Source: Takakia lepidozioides
Lineage: Eukaryota; Plantae; Bryophyta
DNA length: 64,000 bases
NCBI GenBank assembly: GCA_030704615.1
Contig: CM060733.1
Coordinates: 33,542,001 to 33,606,000 of the forward strand
Reading direction: 5' to 3'
Shown: one piece after another, positions 59,934 through 64,000 of the stretch
Layout: each line of letters starts with the position of its first letter
How positions within the stretch are numbered: position 1 is the stretch's first letter
Notes under the pieces: generated by a model
The model's database searches: none
What the model saw: only the letters and a program-made list of their open reading frames with translations
Told to the model about the DNA's origin: nothing
Translations under genes and position numbers: made by a program

Positions 59934-62900
59934 ATGGCCCCAACTACACGGTCTTGCTCACTGTCAAAATCAGAGGGGTGCGTCTCTCCCACCAAGTTCT
60001 CAAATAGAGCAAAGAGTGTCAAAGGAGCTTTACCTGATGCAGCTGAAGACGAACTTGCACTCTCTGTCAAGAAAGAAGTGGTCAGAACTGTTAGGGTTAA
60101 GGCCAGGGCAAAGCGAGATATCCCCAGCCTTCTTACGGCACAATCTGACAAAGGAGGAGGACGCCGAGCAGTGAAGGCCCATGATTTAAAAGTCTCAGAT
60201 ATTGTAACTGATGTGGAGGACTTCTGCCCTCTGAAAGAGCTATCCATGGACCCATTTTTTGAGGAGAACGAGGCAACTGACATCAAAAGTAGTTTACTGA
60301 GTTGGTATGACAGAAATCATCGCATTCTGCCATGGCGGCTTAACCCTCACTCTCTTCTGGACCTTTCAGGGGAGTTTGTTAATAATTTAGGCAAAGTAGG
60401 CATGGAGGGAGATAAATTCCAATCCTCCAAGGAAGGTACGGCCAAGAGTGCACAAGATGTCAATGGAGGCCTTTGCTATGACAATTCCAGTGAAAAAGAG
60501 GGCAGACCTCAAATGAGGTCGGGTGTCAGGTCTAAGAGCATAAGCAAACCTGTCGAGGCTGGGAGGAAAGAGGACCTTCATGGAGTCGGATGGAGAGTCA
60601 AGGAAGAAAGTGACCAGCATGGTGCTGTACAGGAGAAAAGTCATTCCTATTGCAAGGTAGATAGCAATCTCTCTCTCTGCCTGTATATCCCTTCACAGAG
60701 GTAGTTTATGTTCCCTTTTGTTCTGCCCAAACTGGGCACGGGGTCTTTGGCCATAAGGCTATGGCATATAACGTCTCCCTCTGTTCCCGTCCAAACTGGG
60801 TGCGGGGTCTATGGCCACAAGGCTATGGCAAACAGAGTCTTATGAGTACATTCTCTCTGCTTGTATATTACATTAGAGGAAGGTACTCCTGTCTCTCACA
60901 TGCAAGTACACATAGTTCATCTGTCTTTTGGTACACATCACTCTCTCAGGGCTTCCAGAGGCTGCTCATCCACCAGAAATGCTTTGCAGCTACTCTTGAG
61001 GAGGCACTGTCATTGCGCGGCGATCTACGGCTGGTTTTTGTAGCACTTGCTATGTATTTTTTCTTCTGGCTTTCCCTGGACATTATGAATTTCTCTCACG
61101 GTGCTATTGCATTACAAGGATCAGAAATGCTTGACAGCTTACCTGCGTCCGGCATTGACTTCAATCCCTTGAGAAATAGTTGCTTTTGGGCTGCTTGAGG
61201 AGCTCTTTCTTGTTTCTTTCTTTCTCTTGTCCCATAAGCTCTTTGAGCTTCGAGAGGACGTTATAGAGTACCATTCCATTTCTTTGTTGGGGGCCCCACT
61301 CTCTTTCTTGTCTCCTGCTTTCTCTTGTCCTACAAGCTCTTTGAGCTTTCCGCGGACATTGAAAAGTACCATTTCTTTCATTTCATTTCTTTCTCGTCCC
61401 ATAGGCTCTTTGAGCTTCCCGCGAATGTTATAAAGTACCATTTCATTACTCTATTCTTTCTCTTTTCTGGTGTGTAGGTTGTTTTGTTGTTTTGTCTCGT
61501 TTCGTATATATGCCCATCCAGTCAGGTTTCTGTTTTGATGCTCTTAACTCTCCATCACTATGGGGCTGCCAGGGACAAATTTGGACTGGATAGCTTGTTA
61601 CAGTTGCCCATATCAGTGTATACGTGTCTCATCAATCCTGGATCCAAGTTTGACCATTGCACTGTGAGGTGCAGAAAGGGAATGACAACGACAGGGCATA
61701 TGCAGTGTGGGTGTCAGAGGTGATGCTGCAGCAAACCAGAGTGGTGACTGTGGTCAATTATTACCAGCATTGGATGGAGAAGTGGCCTACAGTGCATCAC
61801 CTTGCTCAAGCCTCTCAAGAGGTTCACCTCTACCTTGGGGGAGTGCTGCAGGGGCTGCAGTGGAGGAAAGTGTGAATCAGTTCCATCATAGCTGTTAAGA
61901 TTACTGTCATCTGCTACTTGACAGCTAGTGATGCTTTCATTGGGATCTTTATCTTTGTTATTTGGACTGAGTGCATGAGGAATGTCTCTGGTCCAAGGGC
62001 AGGAAGTAAATGCAGTGTGGGCAGGGTTGGGCTACTACAGAAGGGCACGTTTCCTTCTTGAGGTTGTTACTCACTTCTCTCTCTTTTGTGACTATTGGCT
62101 TGTATAACTGGTAATGGGCAGTCAAGATCCTCTTGACTGGTGATGAACCAAAGGTTGGCTTGTTGCTCATTTGGCTAGGACAAGCCATTACACAAGTTAT
62201 AGGCATCTAGGCTCATGCAAATACAGAGCAATGTGTCTCGATTGGAGGTCAGTCTCCCGCAGGCGTCACGTTTTATTTGTCTTTGGTCACTGGATTTGTT
62301 TGCGTAGCTAAGTTCTCAAATAAATGTATGAGCACTGATGAAGTTGGCAGCCAGTTTGGACCTTGTTAATGCATATCTGCGTCTGACAGTCCTCTTTGAA
62401 TCTGCCATTTAGTATGAAGGGTTAAACTGGAAAGTTCATTGCCATGCATAGGGGGCAAAACAAATTATGCTGAAACAAGGGGGCCGGTTCCCTCGAACTG
62501 TAACAGAGCTGCAGAAAGTACCTGGCATTGGCAGCTACACCGCAGGTGCCATAGCCTCCATTGCTTTCCAGCAGGTCTGGTTCTCTATTCTGTTTCTGTG
62601 TTTCACTACCTGGGTCTGATATATCCCTAGGAGACTAAGCTGAAGTAACTCACTTGACTATTTAGCGGAGTGCATACTTGGCACTCTAGTTGCGGTACAA
62701 AGTTGGCAATTCCCAGGTCAGTGGTAGAGATCACCGATAGAAAGTGGACCACGGCCACGAGCTGGCCTGGAATTTGACAGGCTCAAGCTTTACTTGGTGC
62801 ACCAGTATGCCCCTAGCAGACCTCTCTTGTGACTTAATTTGCTGACAACATTTTAACTATCTCAGGTCGAACATGTAGCTTCATTGACTTTAGCAGATAA

Positions 62901-64000
62901 TTCCACTAAGGTAGTTGTACTCGAGGAGGATGATTACATGTAGATTAGATGAAGTGTGTTAACCATGGTTAGTCTGAATTGTCGTAACAGTTGACAAGGT
63001 CAAGAATAAGAGTACCTTTTAAGAGTACCAGTACTTGGAATGCAGGCAGTCCCAGTGGTGGATGGCAATGTTATTCGTGTTCTCTGCAGGCTACGAGCCA
63101 TATCTTCTAATCCCAAAGCATCAGATACAGTCAAGCTTTTATGGTAGGCCTTGATCTGCCGGCAATAGTGTTACCGTGCTGCATGCCAAGTAAAAGTTTT
63201 GTTGTAAGAGGCAATTAAAATCCTGCTGGGACCTGTAATTTTGCACACTTTGGAGATCAGTACACATGCTTCTGTATGGATGTCACTTGCCACTGGTCCA
63301 TAGATGCAGAACTGTAACCAGATACCTCAGCAGCCACATTGAAGTTGTGGGAGTGTTTTATCTGCAATGACACAGCCCAACCTAGGGACATATCCAATGA
63401 TGTGTTGTATACTGTCAGTAAGGAGTCGACTTTTTCATAGCCTATTGAGAAATTGACCTCTTCCGCACCCTGTGGTGACTGCAGGGCTCTAGCCACACAG
63501 TTGGTGGATGCAAAGAGGCCTGGAGACCTTAACCAAGCCTTGATGGAACTAGGTGCCGTTGTCTGCACCCCTTCATCACCCTCTTGTTCTTCCTGTCCTA
63601 TTGCAAGCCACTGCAAAGCTCTGGAACTAGTCCGGCAAAACGAAGGAAGCAGCAAGTCAGGGTCCTCCTCTTCCCAGCCAGTAAGTGAAGCTGCTGCAGC
63701 TGTTCTATCGGTAACTTGTTTTCCTGCTAAGGTCATCAAGGCTGCCCCCCGAGAAGAGCATGTGGCGGTATGTGTTCTAGAGATATCCTCCAGTTACAGT
63801 GCACAAGGGCCAAGTTTGAAAAGGGTTGCTAAAAGTGCAGTGAGTGCAGGCTCTTCCTTCCTATTGGTCCAGAGGCCCCAGCAGGGATTGCTGGCAGGCC
63901 TATGGGAGTTCCCTTCTACCCCACTCCAGAATGTGACGGCTACTACCAAGTCACGAAGGACAGCTATGAATGGATATTTGCAAGAGAAGCTAGGGTTGCA
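59934..64000 (+). CDS. MUTYH: A/G-specific adenine DNA glycosylase (MutY homolog), multi-exon, continues beyond the window
   Basis: [15 protein letters not shown]; [16 protein letters not shown]; [13 protein letters not shown]; Hh[21 protein letters not shown]; VVDGNVIRV; [33 protein letters not shown] (4Fe-4S cluster); NUDIX-like [17 protein letters not shown]. The start codon position is tentative. Confidence 0.96.

Noticed and set aside
60715-61450. Small duplications in MUTYH intron 1 (CCAAACTGGG...GGCTATGGCA x2; AGCTCTTTGAGCTT x3)
   Set aside because: Ordinary local intronic duplications with no element hallmarks.

Overview
This is eukaryotic nuclear DNA, most likely from a non-seed land plant. 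That is inferred from PLS-type PPR and DYW fragments, an F-box/kelch-like gene end, spliceosomal introns and the transposon families present. Bases ~2-46 kb are a nested, decayed transposon cluster; ~46-64 kb holds three intron-containing host genes: an acid triacylglycerol lipase, an atypical bacterial-like phosphoglycerate kinase and a MutY adenine glycosylase. The main finding is a degenerate Ty3/Gypsy LTR retrotransposon (~7.7-15.9 kb). Its pol region carries a C5 cytosine DNA methyltransferase domain between protease and RT, with motifs I-VI and VIII-X recognisable and the catalytic PCQ and ENV intact. A PHD finger follows the integrase, so the element encodes both a chromatin writer and a reader. 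The window also contains: (1) a TSD-flanked non-autonomous retroposon with a 4x239-bp array; (2) a MULE/SWIM element with a Ulp1 SUMO-protease gene, saturated with CAGAC motifs; (3) a 17.1-kb CACTA element (TIRs, GTT TSD) inserted into that gene, containing a PPR gene fragment amplified into a 15x125-bp satellite; (4) a chromovirus and a solo LTR of the same family inside the CACTA. All calls come from reading motifs by eye; no database searches were run.
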